From the IMG/VR virus record IMGVR_UViG_3300006428_000006, positions 1 through 29,115 of that record: DNA of 29,115 bases; one strand, 5' to 3'. The translations under genes were made by a program, and so were the position numbers. Below the pieces are notes generated by a model that had not been told where the DNA came from, ran no database searches, and saw nothing but the letters and a program-made list of their open reading frames with translations. The stretch comes from a virus (lineage: Duplodnaviria; Caudoviricetes). This document shows, in pieces, positions 1-8,595 of the stretch (position 1 is the first letter of the stretch; each line of letters starts with the position of its first letter).

Positions 1-74
1 GCAAGTCCCATGTGAAGGGAATGGAGACGAAAAGCGCGCGCTTTTCGTCTCCATTCCCTTCACATGGGACTTGC
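1..74. repeat. Perfect 74-bp palindrome (37-bp arms, no loop) at the window edge
   Basis: 1-37 GCAAGTCCCATGTGAAGGGAATGGAGACGAAAAGCGC is the exact reverse complement of 38-74 GCGCTTTTCGTCTCCATTCCCTTCACATGGGACTTGC. Confidence 0.97.
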
Positions 75-841
75 TGGGCGTGCGCGACTTTTTGGCCAGG
101 CCGAACCTCCTTTGGGACAGCGCCATTGTTGGCGGTCCGGCGGTGGAGTTGATGCCCGGCTGGTTCGATGGCCTGGACCATGTGACCGTTGGCCACGACC
201 TCCATGGCGTTCTGCAGCGCGTGAACCCCATGGCCACTCGGACCACGACAGGCTGTCCCAACAAATGCCAGTTCTGCGCCATCGGCCGTGGCCTGGTTGA
301 ACCAGGGGGTTTTCGGGAACTCGATGACTGGCCGGACCTTCCCATAATCACCGACAACAACCTTTTCGCCGCCAGCGTCGGCCATTTCGACCGCGTCATG
401 GACCGGTTGGAACGGTGGGGCTGGTGCGATTTCAACCAGGGCGTTGACTGCCGCTTATTGAGCGACCACCACGCCGAACGCATCGCCAGGATCGGTCGGC
501 CAGTCATCCGCTTGGCCTTGGACCACATGCGCCAGGCCGGGGCTTGGGAAATGGGCCTGGGCCGGTTGCTGCGGGCCGGCGTGCCGCTCAAGGCCATCCG
601 ATCCTATGCTCTGGTAGGCTTCGATGCCGGGTTGGAAGAGGCCTGGTGTCGTTGCCGCTGGATCAAGGACCACGGGGTCAAGGCTCTCCCCATGTGGTTC
701 CACGCGCTTGACGCCTTGGAACGCAATGCCGTGACACCTGACCAAGAGGCCTTGGGCTGGACCAATGCCGAACGGCTCAGGCTGATGCAATGGTTCTATA
801 AGCATCGGGACCGCGAAGCCCGTATCAAGAGGGCCGCATGA
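38..841 (+). CDS. Radical SAM protein (5' end truncated or obscured by the edge palindrome)
   Basis: CxxxCxxC motif TTTGCPNKCQFC, then DNN and DFNQGVDCR segments typical of radical SAM barrels; the frame is open upstream of the TTG at 71 (ALFVSIPFTWDLL). Confidence 0.8.
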   Translation, partial: ALFVSIPFTWDLLGVRDFLARPNLLWDSAIVGGPAVELMPGWFDGLDHVTVGHDLHGVLQRVNPMATRTTTGCPNKCQFCAIGRGLVEPGGFRELDDWPDLPIITDNNLFAASVGHFDRVMDRLERWGWCDFNQGVDCRLLSDHHAERIARIGRPVIRLALDHMRQAGAWEMGLGRLLRAGVPLKAIRSYALVGFDAGLEEAWCRCRWIKDHGVKALPMWFHALDALERNAVTPDQEALGWTNAERLRLMQWFYKHRDREARIKRAA

Positions 842-1119
842 CCTCCTGCCAATCCACCATAGAATCCATATGCCGAAGCGCCCTCGATACCTGGGGTGCT
901 GAAGCGCAAATTGACCAGTGCATCGAAGAATGTGCCGAACTGACCGTTGAGCTCCAGCATCGCAAGCGTGGCCGGCCTGAGCATGCGGCGGAAGAGATTG
1001 CTGACGCGCTCATAATGCTGCACCAGATGCGGCTGCTCATCGGCGTGGAAGCCGTGGACACGATGGTTCGCGAGAAGCTGGCTCGGCTCGAAAAACGGTT
1101 GGAAGGGGCAGCGGGGTAA
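838..1119 (+). CDS. MazG-like all-alpha NTP pyrophosphohydrolase
   Basis: QIDQCIEECAEL...EEIADALIML acidic ExxE/EExxD motifs; ATGA overlap with the upstream gene. Confidence 0.75.
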   Translation: MTSCQSTIESICRSALDTWGAEAQIDQCIEECAELTVELQHRKRGRPEHAAEEIADALIMLHQMRLLIGVEAVDTMVREKLARLEKRLEGAAG

Positions 1120-1123
1120 GCAC

Positions 1124-1987
1124 ATGTCCAAGGCCCCTTCCTTCCAGTTCTACCCCAGCGATTGGCTTTCAGCCCCAGAGGTTCGCCGCGTGTCTCCGAT
1201 GGTTCGCGGCATCTGGATAGATTTGCTGTGCTTCATGTGGAAGGAGAACGAGCAGGGCAAGCTGACATGCACCATCCTTGAACTTGCCAGGATGACCGGG
1301 GCGACCCTCGAAGAGACCATCCAGTTTTTGCGTGAGGCTCAAAAACACGAGCTTTGCGACCTCAAAATTTTCGGAGATGTCACGAATGGTCACACTGAAG
1401 TCACGCTTATAAACAGGCGGATGCACAGCGAGTGGAAAGAAAAAGAATCCGCACGGTTACGCAAGCAAAAACAGAGGAAGTCACAAGGATGTCCCGAGTC
1501 ATGTCACACCGAAGTCACATCCTATTCTTCTTCTTCCTCTTCTACTTCAAAGACAGAAAAGACAGAAGAACCCCCCATACCCCCCGTGGGGGTTGAGGGT
1601 GGGGGAAGCCTTTCTCTCCCCTCCGATCCTGATCCTGAGCCGGAACAATTTTTCGATCCTGAGGACACCCCGTCCCTCGAGTTCGAGCAGTTCTTCGACG
1701 CCTACCCGAAGCAGGTGGACAAGGCCAAGGCCTGGAACGCATGGCGCAAGCTGGGACGCGTGAAACCAGGCCTCGCCTCTCTGCAAGCTGCCATCGTCGA
1801 GCAGTCCCAAAGCGACCAATGGACCCGCGACCATGGGCGGTACATCCCGTCTCCGGCCAAGTGGCTTGTCGAGCGCAAATGGCTCGACAAGCTCTCGCCG
1901 GCCCCCACGTCGCCAGCCGCTGGTCAGACTTCGGACGCCGACTGGAAACGGTACGCCGGAAGCTGCGTCAAGGAGCAGACCCAATGA
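1124..1987 (+). CDS. Phage replication initiator-like protein (DUF1376/YdaU-like N-terminus)
   Basis: N-terminal KAPSFQFYPSDWL, low-complexity Ser/Pro linker, C-terminal FEQFFDAYPK...KAKAWNAW...YIPSPAKWL...WLD domain typical of phage replisome organisers. Confidence 0.75.
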   Translation: MSKAPSFQFYPSDWLSAPEVRRVSPMVRGIWIDLLCFMWKENEQGKLTCTILELARMTGATLEETIQFLREAQKHELCDLKIFGDVTNGHTEVTLINRRMHSEWKEKESARLRKQKQRKSQGCPESCHTEVTSYSSSSSSTSKTEKTEEPPIPPVGVEGGGSLSLPSDPDPEPEQFFDPEDTPSLEFEQFFDAYPKQVDKAKAWNAWRKLGRVKPGLASLQAAIVEQSQSDQWTRDHGRYIPSPAKWLVERKWLDKLSPAPTSPAAGQTSDADWKRYAGSCVKEQTQ

Positions 1988-2556
1988 GAGAACAGGCGTT
2001 TACGGACATGCTGGACAAGGTCATGGCCATGTTTGGTCGTAATCCGACACAGGCCATGCGGGGAGTCTGCTGGGATGTTTGCGGACCACTCCCGGACGTG
2101 TTTGCGGACTACGCCGTGGAGCAGGCCCGGGACCTCGACCGCCAGCCCGGGAACATGAGCAAGTTTTTCCGGGATGCCTGGTTTCGCTGGCGGGATGCGC
2201 ATCCGTCCATGGCGGCCAGAGAGCAGGCGTTTGGCTGTGATTTCTGCGACCAGGGCGTGATCTATTTCGTGCGCCATCACGAGGGACGCGGGTGGATTCT
2301 GGAAACGGCAACCTGCGGCCATTGCCGGCCAGCCGGGCAGACGCACGGAAACATCCGGCGGTTTGGCGGCGAGATCGTTTCCCCAGGCAAAGGCCTGTCG
2401 CTATGCGCCCAGAGAAACGCGGCGGCGGCTGGCGGTGTCCAAGGGGAAACGGACTTCTCGGGCAGGCTGCAGGCCTGGCGAAATGGCGAGCGTCCTGACG
2501 AACGCTGCCCCGTTCCCGACGATGACCGGGATGACCACGCGGAGGGATGGGCGTGA
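1984..2556 (+). CDS. Hypothetical protein with two CxxC pairs; possible helicase loader/replication partner
   Basis: ATG at 1984 overlaps the initiator stop (ATGA); CDFC and CGHC motifs; position immediately after the initiator. Confidence 0.55.
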   Translation: MREQAFTDMLDKVMAMFGRNPTQAMRGVCWDVCGPLPDVFADYAVEQARDLDRQPGNMSKFFRDAWFRWRDAHPSMAAREQAFGCDFCDQGVIYFVRHHEGRGWILETATCGHCRPAGQTHGNIRRFGGEIVSPGKGLSLCAQRNAAAAGGVQGETDFSGRLQAWRNGERPDERCPVPDDDRDDHAEGWA

Positions 2557-2738
2557 TCAAGCCCTGCGACAACCATCCCGGCATCCGCTGCGCCTTCGGC
2601 GGCGTGTGCCGTGGAAAGCTCTACTGGGAGGGCAAGGCCGTGAAGCCCTTGCCGCTTTCCCAGGTGCGCGAATGCCAATGGATCGCACGTGCACTGGCGT
2701 GTGTGCGGCACGACCAGCAAGACGAGGCGAGGCCGTAG
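2553..2738 (+). CDS. Small Cys-rich hypothetical phage protein
   Basis: GTGA overlap with the previous stop; fills the gap exactly up to the next ATG at 2740. Confidence 0.5.
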   Translation: MIKPCDNHPGIRCAFGGVCRGKLYWEGKAVKPLPLSQVRECQWIARALACVRHDQQDEARP

Positions 2739-2739
2739 C

Positions 2740-3246
2740 ATGCCTCAGGCGCGCGTCCACATCTCCGAAATCCGCGAAGCCGGCGGGCTCAAGCCGTGGC
2801 TTGACCGGCAGCTTCACGCGGATGGTGTGCGCCCCCTTCTGCCTCCTGTGCAGCCCAAGAAGCCCAAGCCGCCCAAACGGTCTGAGCATGACGAGCAGGC
2901 CCTTGTGATCGCCAGGGCGGATGCATTGGCTCCGAGCGTACCGGCGCTGAAGCTGCTGCACGCCATCCCGAACGGGGGACACAGGCACAAGGCCACGGCC
3001 GGGAAGCTCAAGGCCGAGGGCGTGCGCCGGGGAGTGCCGGACCTGTGTTTGCCTGTGCCCATGGGTGATTGGCACGGGCTCTATGTCGAGATGAAGGCCC
3101 AGGGTGGCAAAGCCTCGCCAGAGCAACTGGAGTGGCATGCCGCCCTGCGCTCCAACGGCTACCGCGTGGAGCTCTGTGTTGGCGCTGATGCAGCATGGAA
3201 AGTCATCTGCGAATACCTGGGCCTGGCCCAAACGCTCCGCGCTTAG
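2740..3246 (+). CDS. VRR-NUC domain nuclease (Holliday junction resolvase-like)
   Basis: EHDEQ...HAIPNGGHR...LKAEGVRRGVPDLCL...LYVEMK...SPEQLEW...GYRVELC: PD-(D/E)xK VRR-NUC signature. Confidence 0.88.
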   Translation: MPQARVHISEIREAGGLKPWLDRQLHADGVRPLLPPVQPKKPKPPKRSEHDEQALVIARADALAPSVPALKLLHAIPNGGHRHKATAGKLKAEGVRRGVPDLCLPVPMGDWHGLYVEMKAQGGKASPEQLEWHAALRSNGYRVELCVGADAAWKVICEYLGLAQTLRA

Positions 3247-3262
3247 AAAAAGGGGAAATGTC

Positions 3263-3469
3263 GTGGGGGAGTTGCTTGTAAAGGGGGCGGCCAACATCGC
3301 CAGCAAGATCGGCGTGGGCAAGGATAATATTGGGGACCTGGTTGAATCCGGAGAGCTTGTAGCCTGGAAAGAAGGACCGGGAAAAGGCACTTGGCGCGCC
3401 CTGCCAGAGGACCTTGCTGATTTTGTGCGTCGGCGACGGGACAAGCACGTCAAGCGCGTGCAGCAGTGA
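3263..3469 (+). CDS. Small helix-turn-helix DNA-binding protein (excisionase/HTH_17-like)
   Basis: GTG at 3263 after AGGGG; GAANIASKIGVGKDNIGDLVESGELVAWK...WRALPEDLADFV fits a winged-HTH pattern; last gene before the late operon. Confidence 0.6.
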   Translation: MGELLVKGAANIASKIGVGKDNIGDLVESGELVAWKEGPGKGTWRALPEDLADFVRRRRDKHVKRVQQ

Positions 3470-3596
3470 AGAGAAGGTTTGTCAATACCCGCTGAATCCC
3501 TTTTCTGTGCCCACGGATAGGTAGCGAACGCCGCCGCCCAATACGTGGGTTTAGCCTCGGCTCATCACCCCGGCCCGCGCCGGGAAGGGGGCCGAC

Positions 3597-4445
3597 ATGG
3601 GGCTTGCGAAAACCACCCGTCTTATCCAGCTCGAAGAGGGCCGGAAGCTCACCGCCTACAAGGATTCCCGGGGAATTTGGACCATTGGCGACGGCTACAA
3701 CCTCGAGGCCCATGGATACTCGGCCGAGGAGTGCGAGGGGTTGGTTTGGACCGCCGAGCAAGCTGACGCTGCCCTGGTCGATGAGATTCAGGCCGTACTG
3801 GCTGAGCTCGACCGCCGCTGGCCGAAATGGCGTGACCTCGACGAGGTACGTCAGGCCGCCATCGTTTCCAGCGTCTACCAGCTGGGAGCCCCGGGAGCTT
3901 CCAAGTTCTTCGCCACCATCCACGCCATTCAGTCCCGTGACTGGGAGACGGCCGCCACCCAAATGCTCGCCTCCCGTTGGGCTAAGCAGACACCGGACCG
4001 GGTTAAGCGCAACGCCGAGATGATCCGGACCGGCCGATGGCCCGAGGAGGTCAATGGTGTCCGATTTCTCACCGATCCGCCGCCGGCTCAGGTCGTGGCT
4101 CCAGCACCGGCTGAACCCGCTGCACCTCGAATGCCGGTTGATCGACTGCCGGATATGCCGGGCGACGGCACGACGGTGGGCGATGCGGTACGAGCGGATT
4201 TACCGGATGTTGCTCGGCTGACCGTCGTCCTCAAGGCTCTGGCCAAGTCAAAGACCATCTACGGCGTCCTCGGGATGCTTGGGCTGCAACTGCTCGGCGT
4301 CAACGCCTGGGATGTCGCCATCCGTATCGGCAACCAAATCTACACCGTGCCCGATCTTTCCCCGCTCATCTCCACGGCTCTGGCCTCGCTGGCCGTTTGG
4401 GGCCGCGTCACTGCCAAGCCAATCAAGGAGACGATCCATGCGTAG
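3597..4445 (+). CDS. Endolysin: GH24 (T4-like) lysozyme with Pro-rich linker and C-terminal hydrophobic holin-like domain
   Basis: E-x8-D-x5-T catalytic triad (EGRKLTAYKDSRGIWTIG), SRWAKQTPDR motif; C-terminal SKTIYGVLGMLGLQLLGV and LISTALASLAVWGRVTA hydrophobic segments. Confidence 0.85.
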   Translation: MGLAKTTRLIQLEEGRKLTAYKDSRGIWTIGDGYNLEAHGYSAEECEGLVWTAEQADAALVDEIQAVLAELDRRWPKWRDLDEVRQAAIVSSVYQLGAPGASKFFATIHAIQSRDWETAATQMLASRWAKQTPDRVKRNAEMIRTGRWPEEVNGVRFLTDPPPAQVVAPAPAEPAAPRMPVDRLPDMPGDGTTVGDAVRADLPDVARLTVVLKALAKSKTIYGVLGMLGLQLLGVNAWDVAIRIGNQIYTVPDLSPLISTALASLAVWGRVTAKPIKETIHA

Positions 4446-4791
4446 TCTCGCCGCTCTCCTGTTCGTCTTCCTCTCGCTGTCCGCCTGCGCGCCCCTCACC
4501 ACACTGTCCACCGGGGGAGGTCAATCCTCCACCTCCCTCGGGCCGGACAATGTGGCCGTGACTCCCGATGCTTCGACGCTGCCGCAGCGGATCAAGGCCG
4601 GCCTGGAGTGGCTGTGGAACAGCTACACGGTGTTGCAAGCCAAAGGCGCTGTGCCTGGTTTGGAGGACCTCAAAAACGACATCGTGGATCTGGAAGCTGC
4701 GGCTGGACACGGCGACCTTATGGCGGCGCTTAACCTGTACAACAGGGCCAGAGCCCGGGTGACGGCAATCGCGGAGGTGGTAAGGAAATGA
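4438..4791 (+). CDS. Lipoprotein in lysis cassette (possible outer-membrane spanin)
   Basis: MRSLAALLFVFLSLSAC signal peptide with lipobox LSAC; AAGGAG RBS upstream. Confidence 0.65.
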   Translation: MRSLAALLFVFLSLSACAPLTTLSTGGGQSSTSLGPDNVAVTPDASTLPQRIKAGLEWLWNSYTVLQAKGAVPGLEDLKNDIVDLEAAAGHGDLMAALNLYNRARARVTAIAEVVRK

Positions 4792-5327
4792 CCTATCCTC
4801 CTGACCGTGGTGTTATCACCTATGAGGAGTTGCGTCCCATCCTGGACGTGTTTGTCGTCACTTGGGTCGGCGATTCGCTTCTTTCCCGTGCAATAAGACG
4901 TTTCGCCCCGGGCGGATCGCATTCCAGTCTCGGCATTAAAATCTGCGACTCCATTTTTCTGGTCGAAGCCCTTGAATGGGGTGTGGATATCAAACGCGCC
5001 TCGGATCGATTCGACGACTACGACGGAACGATTCTGATCCACCCTATTGAATGCAGTGAAGCGCTTGGGTTGCGAGTAAAAGTCACGGCGTTGCGAATTG
5101 TCGCACAGCGCAAGTCCTTTCGTTACGGCTATCTTTCGCTGATTCGTCGCATCTGGGGAAAATTCCGTGTCACGATGGGCCGTCCCATTTGTTCCCAGAC
5201 CGTGGCCTACATCCTTGGCAAGCACGGCATGCTGCCACCCCAGGAAATGGTGCTGTCGCCAGGCGAGTTGCGGGCGTTGTTGCCGGCCCCCTGGAGATTG
5301 GCTCCATACAGCAAGGAGGCCGATTAA
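4788..5327 (+). CDS. Permuted papain-like NlpC/P60 (YaeF/YiiX-like) protein
   Basis: His-before-Cys order: SHSSL...LVEALEWGV...YGY...ICSQTVAY...SPGEL. Confidence 0.65.
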   Translation: MTYPPDRGVITYEELRPILDVFVVTWVGDSLLSRAIRRFAPGGSHSSLGIKICDSIFLVEALEWGVDIKRASDRFDDYDGTILIHPIECSEALGLRVKVTALRIVAQRKSFRYGYLSLIRRIWGKFRVTMGRPICSQTVAYILGKHGMLPPQEMVLSPGELRALLPAPWRLAPYSKEAD

Positions 5328-5328
5328 A

Positions 5329-5580
5329 GTGGCTGAGGCGCTCTGCAAAAACAAATGGATGGCCCCCTGGATCGGTATGGCCTTGACGGTTGTCATCAAT
5401 CTCATTGCCATCGGGTACTGGTCAGGCTCCATCCAAGCGCACCAAGCCGAACTGGACCGGCGCTTGGCCATCGTTGAGGCCAGTGACCAAGCACAACAGC
5501 GATGGCTGGAACGCATCGCCAGCATTGAGACGAGCGTCAATTACATCCGTGACGCAGTGCGGGAGCGCAAGGGGCAGTAA
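5329..5580 (+). CDS. Small membrane protein with coiled coil (holin/inner spanin-like)
   Basis: AAGGAGG RBS then GTG at 5329; one transmembrane stretch (WIGMALTVVINLIAIGYW) followed by a heptad-like helix. Confidence 0.6.
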   Translation: MAEALCKNKWMAPWIGMALTVVINLIAIGYWSGSIQAHQAELDRRLAIVEASDQAQQRWLERIASIETSVNYIRDAVRERKGQ

Positions 5581-6011
5581 TGGCCAGGCGTAAGGGTGTC
5601 CCCGAAAAATTCACGGCCGACAAGAGGGCCAAGTTTCTGGCGCACCTCGCCCAGTATGGCTTTGTGACCAGGGCCGCCAAGGCCGCCGGCATCCATCGGG
5701 ACACCGCCAGGGACACCTACGACAACGATCCAGCCTTCCACAAAGCCTGGGACGATGCCCTGGCCGAATACACCGAACGCCTGGAAGCCGAGGCGGACCG
5801 CCGCGCCTACAAGGGCACGCTGCGGCCCGTGTTCCACAAGGGCGAGAAGTGCGGCGTGATCCGGGAATACTCGGACACATTGCTGATTTTTCGTCTCAAG
5901 GCCCTGCGGCCCGAGGTCTACAAGGACCGGTCGGAATCGACCGTCAACGTCAATGTGAGTCTCGCGGATCGTCTGCGCCGAGCCAAGGAGCGGGCCGGTG
6001 AACGTGGTTGA
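5580..6011 (+). CDS. Terminase small subunit
   Basis: HTH-like VTRAAKAAGIHRDT, LEAEADRRAYKG...YSDTLLIFRLKALRPEVYKD; directly upstream of and overlapping the large terminase. Confidence 0.8.
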   Translation: MARRKGVPEKFTADKRAKFLAHLAQYGFVTRAAKAAGIHRDTARDTYDNDPAFHKAWDDALAEYTERLEAEADRRAYKGTLRPVFHKGEKCGVIREYSDTLLIFRLKALRPEVYKDRSESTVNVNVSLADRLRRAKERAGERG

Positions 6012-7458
6012 GCAGGACAACGAAATAATCGCGCAGGCAGCCGCCTGCCAATATGACCCCTTCTCCTGGGCAGGATTCGCCTGGGACTGGGGTCACGACG
6101 ATTTGTCCGCGTCCTGCGGCCCCAGGGAATGGCAGCGCGATATCCTTCGGGCCACCCGTGACCATCTTTCCAATCCTGAAACTCGGTTTCAGCCATTGCA
6201 GGTGGCCGTGGCGTCTGGCCATGGCATCGGCAAGTCTGCGCTGATGGGTCAAATCAGCAACTGGGCCATGAGTTGCTGGGATGACGCTAAGCTCGTCTGT
6301 ACGGCCAACACGCTCAACCAGTTGAGCACCAAGACCGTTCCGGAAATCAGCACGTGGTTCAGGCGTAGCCTGACCTCACATTGGTTCGACATCCAGGCCA
6401 CGTCCATCAAGTCGGTTGACAATGACCACGCCGACACCTGGCGCATGGACTTTGTGCCTTGGAGCCAGAACAACACGGAGGCCTTCGCAGGTCTGCACAA
6501 CAAGGGCAAGATCATCGTCCTGCTGTTCGACGAGGCGTCCAAGATCCATGACAAGGTGTGGGAGGTCGCGGAAGGTGCCTTGACGGACGAGGAAACGGTA
6601 ATTTTGTGGTTCGTTTTCGGGAACCCGACGCAAAACAGTGGAAGATTTAGAGAATGCTTCCGGCGCTACCGCCATCGCTGGACGACTTGGCAAATCGATA
6701 GCCGAACCGTGCCCGGTACCAACAAGTCCAAGATTCAGCAGTGGATTGATGACCACGGCGTTGATTCCGATTTCGTCAAGATCCGGGTGCGTGGTCAGTT
6801 CCCCTCACAATCTGCTCGTCAGTTCATCTCTGCCGACGATGCCGATGCCGCCCGCTCCAGGGTTCTTCGGCCCGAGCAATTCAACTTTGCCCCCAAGATT
6901 ATTTCGGTCGATCCTGCATGGTCCGGCGACGACGAACTTGTGATCAGCATGCGCCAGGGGCTTTACTTCAAGGTCCTGCAGACCATGGCCAAGAACGACA
7001 ATGATATGGCCGTGGCGCAACGCATTGCCTACCTCGAGGACGAGGAAAAGGCCGACGCCGTGTTCGTGGATGCCGGCTATGGGACAGGTATCGTCAGTGG
7101 GGGAACCACCTTGGGCCGATCCTGGCAACTCGTGTGGTTTTCCGGCGCGTCCCCCGACCCTGGATGCCTGAATCTCCGCGCCTACATGTGGCGTGAGATG
7201 AGGGACTGGCTGAAAAAGGGCGGTGCTATCGATCCCCACGATGGCGTCCTCTATGACGACATCATCGGGCCTGAGACGGTCCCCCGTATGGACGGGAAGA
7301 TCCAGCTTGAAAGCAAGGAAGACATGAAAGACCGGGGCTTACCATCCCCCAACCGTGGGGATTCTTTGGCTCTAACGTTTGCCGCTCCGGTGGCGAAAAA
7401 GTGGAATTCCGGCGGGCCGTCCACCCGGGCAAATTCCGAATACCAGATGTTTTCGTGA
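5998..7458 (+). CDS. Terminase large subunit
   Basis: Walker A VASGHGIGKS, Walker B LLFDEAS, GNP motif, nuclease domain SVDPAWSGDD...VFVDAGYG...SPNRGDSLALTF. Confidence 0.93.
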   Translation: MNVVEQDNEIIAQAAACQYDPFSWAGFAWDWGHDDLSASCGPREWQRDILRATRDHLSNPETRFQPLQVAVASGHGIGKSALMGQISNWAMSCWDDAKLVCTANTLNQLSTKTVPEISTWFRRSLTSHWFDIQATSIKSVDNDHADTWRMDFVPWSQNNTEAFAGLHNKGKIIVLLFDEASKIHDKVWEVAEGALTDEETVILWFVFGNPTQNSGRFRECFRRYRHRWTTWQIDSRTVPGTNKSKIQQWIDDHGVDSDFVKIRVRGQFPSQSARQFISADDADAARSRVLRPEQFNFAPKIISVDPAWSGDDELVISMRQGLYFKVLQTMAKNDNDMAVAQRIAYLEDEEKADAVFVDAGYGTGIVSGGTTLGRSWQLVWFSGASPDPGCLNLRAYMWREMRDWLKKGGAIDPHDGVLYDDIIGPETVPRMDGKIQLESKEDMKDRGLPSPNRGDSLALTFAAPVAKKWNSGGPSTRANSEYQMFS

Positions 7459-7466
7459 GGTGGAAC

Positions 7467-7955
7467 ATGGCAGGCGGCACAATGAACATGGGCATGGGGA
7501 CAGGCGGGAGCGTTGGCGATGCCAATGGGCTCATGGACCCGCTTTATGCCGGTCAGACAAGGGCCAATGCGTATAACATCGCTGTGACCACGCTTCCTTC
7601 TGCGCTGCAGTCGTACCAGACGGAGCACACCGCTGGCGACGGTACGAACGACATGGACCCTGATCTGATTCAACGGGCCATGCGTTACGTGATGAACATG
7701 CCCCTGGAAACGCAATATTACGAGACAGGACCGGACACGAGCAACCCTGATGGCGGGTATGTCTCTGTCAAGCCGATGTCCTATTCCAGCCGGGAGCAGA
7801 TGGATTTCATCGACCAACACGAAAAAGACAAGGAAGCCTACGACACGTTGACCAAGGGCTACAAGACCAAGACGAGTTCAGGAAACACTTCCCTGCTCAG
7901 TAGCGATGACAGCACTCTGTCCCTCTACAAAACCTTGCTCGGAGGCACTTCGTAA
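7467..7955 (+). CDS. Hypothetical virion-associated protein
   Basis: GAGG RBS before ATG 7467; TAATG coupling to the next gene; ends in KTLLGGTS. Confidence 0.6.
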   Translation: MAGGTMNMGMGTGGSVGDANGLMDPLYAGQTRANAYNIAVTTLPSALQSYQTEHTAGDGTNDMDPDLIQRAMRYVMNMPLETQYYETGPDTSNPDGGYVSVKPMSYSSREQMDFIDQHEKDKEAYDTLTKGYKTKTSSGNTSLLSSDDSTLSLYKTLLGGTS

Positions 7956-8593
7956 TGGCCGCATCCTCCCCCTACCTGTACCCGCAAGAAGACACGAGCC
8001 AAGGGCAAAACGTCCAGTCGGTCATGCCTGTGGCGGCCTACCTCATGTCCAGCCCCCAAACGGCGGCGCAGGGCATGATGGTGCTGATGGCAGCCCAGCA
8101 GCAGGACGCCCAGACGAGCCAGTACAACAGCCAGCAGTCCTACCTTTCTGGCGCTTCCCAGACGGCGGCGCAACAGCGTGCGGCAGCGTCTGCCGCCGCC
8201 TCCGGGGCCAACAGCGCGAACTCTCAGCTGGCACAGGCTGTGAGCGATGCCCAGGCCCAGGCGAACGCCGAGGCCGCCGCACGGCAAAAGAAAATCGACG
8301 ACATGAACGCCAACATGCAGGCCATGGCCCAACAGCAGGCCGATGAGGCCCAGGCTGCCGCTGACGAAGCGGCCAAGCAAACGGCGCTCTTGGAGCAGCA
8401 GGCGGCCGAACAGGAAAAGTCGGACAAGGTGTCTTCCATGTACAACAACATGGATTCCACCACCGACGCCAATGCGGCTGCGGCTGAGAAACGTCGTCGT
8501 CTGGCGTCCGGACGCAAGGCCACCATCCTGACCAGTGGACTCGGCACGACAGGGACGCCGACCGTGGGGCGCAAAACCCTATTGGGGCAGTAG
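7955..8593 (+). CDS. Ala/Gln-rich pre-portal virion protein
   Basis: Coiled-coil A/Q composition; C-terminal RRRLASGRKATILTSGLG...GRKTLLGQ resembles the small genes preceding portals in BPP-1/T7-like phages. Confidence 0.7.
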   Translation: MAASSPYLYPQEDTSQGQNVQSVMPVAAYLMSSPQTAAQGMMVLMAAQQQDAQTSQYNSQQSYLSGASQTAAQQRAAASAAASGANSANSQLAQAVSDAQAQANAEAAARQKKIDDMNANMQAMAQQQADEAQAAADEAAKQTALLEQQAAEQEKSDKVSSMYNNMDSTTDANAAAAEKRRRLASGRKATILTSGLGTTGTPTVGRKTLLGQ

Positions 8594-8595
8594 CC

